Assembly: GCA_041164825.1 (NCBI GenBank)
Contig: JBEAOO010000002.1
Location: forward strand, 7,082 to 71,081
From: Pseudomonadota bacterium
GTDB taxonomy: Bacteria; Pseudomonadota; Gammaproteobacteria; Burkholderiales; Burkholderiaceae_C
Direction: 5' to 3'
Length of the DNA stretch: 64,000 nucleotides
The notes beneath the pieces are model-generated. The model was not told the DNA's origin, ran no database searches, and worked only from the letters and a program-made list of their open reading frames with translations. This document shows, one piece after another, positions 62,694 through 64,000 of the stretch. Each line of letters starts with the position of its first letter. The first letter of the stretch is position 1. Both the position numbers and the translations under genes were made by a program.

Positions 62694-63707
62694 ATGTCCA
62701 TCACCCTCGATACCCCCCACGCACTCAGCCCGCGGCTGCCTGCGGTCCGGTGGAGCCTGGCCGGTCTGGCCCTCGCTGCCCTGGCCCTGGCGCCGCTGGT
62801 GTTCGACAACTACTACCTGCACGCCTTGATCATCGCGATGATCTTCATGCTGCCGGCCCATGGCCTGAACCTGATCTTGGGCTACACCGGCATGCTCTCG
62901 CTGGCGCAGGGCGTGTTCTTTGGCCTCGGGGCCTATGCCTCGGCGCTGCTGTCGATGCACTTCGGCACGCCCTTCGTGTTCAACCTGATCGCCGCGGCGC
63001 TCATCACCGCACTGATCGCCTTGCCCCTGGGCATCCCGGCGCTGCGGCTGCGCACCACCTCGTTCGTGATGTGCACGCTCGGCTTCGTCGTGATCGCGCA
63101 GACGGTGGCCAAGAACTGGGTCGATCTGACCCGCGGCGACATGGGCCTGTCGGGCGTGGCGCGGCCCAAGCTGGGCTGGGGTGACAGCGCCATCGCCATC
63201 ACCCAGATCCCGCAGTACTTCTACCTGATCTTGGTGGTGGCGCTGCTGGCCACGCTGGCCTTCGTGGCGCTGATCCGTTCACCGGCTGGGCGCGCCATGG
63301 TGGCCATCCGCGACAACGAGACGCTGGCCGAATCACTGGGCGTGCCGACCTGGTCGTACAAGCTGATCGTGTTCATGATCAGCGCCGCCTTTGCCGGCTT
63401 GGGCGGCAGCCTGTACGCGCACTACGAGACCGTGGTCAGCCCGCTGGTGTTCCAGATGTACTACTCCAACACCATCCTCATCATCGTGCTCGGCGGCGGT
63501 GTGGGGCGCGTGCCAGGCGTGATCATCGGCAGCTTCTTGTTCGTCGCCGTCACCGAAGCACTGCGCGTTGCGCCGGAGCTGCGCATGATCATCTACGGCT
63601 TCGTGCTGCTGACCTTGGTGTTCGTGTTTCCGCAGGGCCTGGCCCCGCTGGTGGAGCGCGGCACGCAGTGGCTCTCGCGCCGGGTGCACAAGGAGGAGCG
63701 CGCATGA
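62694..63707 (+). CDS. HAAT-family ABC transporter permease (LivM-like)
   Basis: ATG 62694. LNLILGYTGMLSLAQGVFFGLGAYASA. The upstream part of the 580-aa track ORF overlaps the previous gene out of frame and is rejected. Confidence 0.88.
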   Translation: MSITLDTPHALSPRLPAVRWSLAGLALAALALAPLVFDNYYLHALIIAMIFMLPAHGLNLILGYTGMLSLAQGVFFGLGAYASALLSMHFGTPFVFNLIAAALITALIALPLGIPALRLRTTSFVMCTLGFVVIAQTVAKNWVDLTRGDMGLSGVARPKLGWGDSAIAITQIPQYFYLILVVALLATLAFVALIRSPAGRAMVAIRDNETLAESLGVPTWSYKLIVFMISAAFAGLGGSLYAHYETVVSPLVFQMYYSNTILIIVLGGGVGRVPGVIIGSFLFVAVTEALRVAPELRMIIYGFVLLTLVFVFPQGLAPLVERGTQWLSRRVHKEERA

Positions 63708-64000
63708 CCGCCACCTCCACCGCAACGGCCCCGGCCCAGCGCCCCGGCCCCATCCTGCAGGTGCAGGGCCTGAAGAAGAACTACGGCGGCGTGCCGGCTC
63801 TGCAGGGCGTCAACTTCGAGATCGCCCGCGGCGAGGTCTGCGGCCTGATCGGCCCCAACGGCTCGGGCAAGTCGACCTTGTTCGACTGCTGCACCGGCCT
63901 GCAACAGAGCGACGCCGGCCAGGTGCTGCTCAACGGCACCGACATCACCCGCTGGCCCATGCACCGCATTGCCCGCCAAGGGCGGCTGCTGCGCAGTTTT
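63704..64000 (+). CDS. HAAT-family ABC transporter ATP-binding protein (LivG-like), 3' end truncated by window edge
   Basis: ATGA overlap with the permease. Manual translation MTATSTATAPAQRPGPILQVQGLKKNYGGVPALQGVNFEIARGEVCGLIGPNGSGKST…. Confidence 0.85.
   Translation, partial: MTATSTATAPAQRPGPILQVQGLKKNYGGVPALQGVNFEIARGEVCGLIGPNGSGKSTLFDCCTGLQQSDAGQVLLNGTDITRWPMHRIARQGRLLRSF

Overview
High-G+C chromosomal window: codon third positions are almost always G/C, and there are many long spurious antisense ORFs. Gene content and local synteny look like core genome of a Burkholderiales, Comamonadaceae-like betaproteobacterium (taxon is inference). The synteny blocks are trxB / crp-like / ftsK-lolA-rarA, rpmB-rpmG, scpA ... 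panB-panC, and metG / apbC-dcd.

I can support about 58 protein genes, one tRNA-Leu(CAA), several hairpin terminators, one textbook LexA box, one sigma70-like promoter and three intergenic repeat clusters.

Gene content in order:
- The end of an MSHA/type IV pilus-like secretion cluster (GspF-like platform, MshE-like ATPase), then a lone ureD.
- A NitT/TauT-type ABC importer.
- Four sensory modules with five histidine kinases: a DctP-like binding protein + hybrid HK; ParA-like + LuxR-RR + hybrid HK; RR + anchored SBP_3 protein + MASE1 HK; CpxP/Spy-like + OmpR-RR + HAMP-HK.
- kefG/kefB-like K+ efflux, panBC, scpA, a SulP permease, metG, apbC, dcd, dinB, purN, an RsmB-like methyltransferase and a DesA-like desaturase.
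- rpmBG, trxB, ftsK-lolA-rarA and two Liv-type ABC importers.

I see no CRISPR array, transposase, integrase, phage, toxin-antitoxin or recognisable defence genes, so I cannot point to a clear-cut novel system. The most unusual items:
- Two binding-protein + kinase sensory modules.
- A dispersed, structured ~190-bp intergenic repeat family with nested hairpin, microsatellite and G10 tract.
- A ~135-bp inverted repeat pair upstream of the orphan ureD.
- A LexA box abutting the dinB start codon.
- A long, lower-GC structured spacer upstream of a livHMGF operon that lacks a binding-protein gene.

All family assignments rest on motif and pattern recognition by eye, not on database searches.
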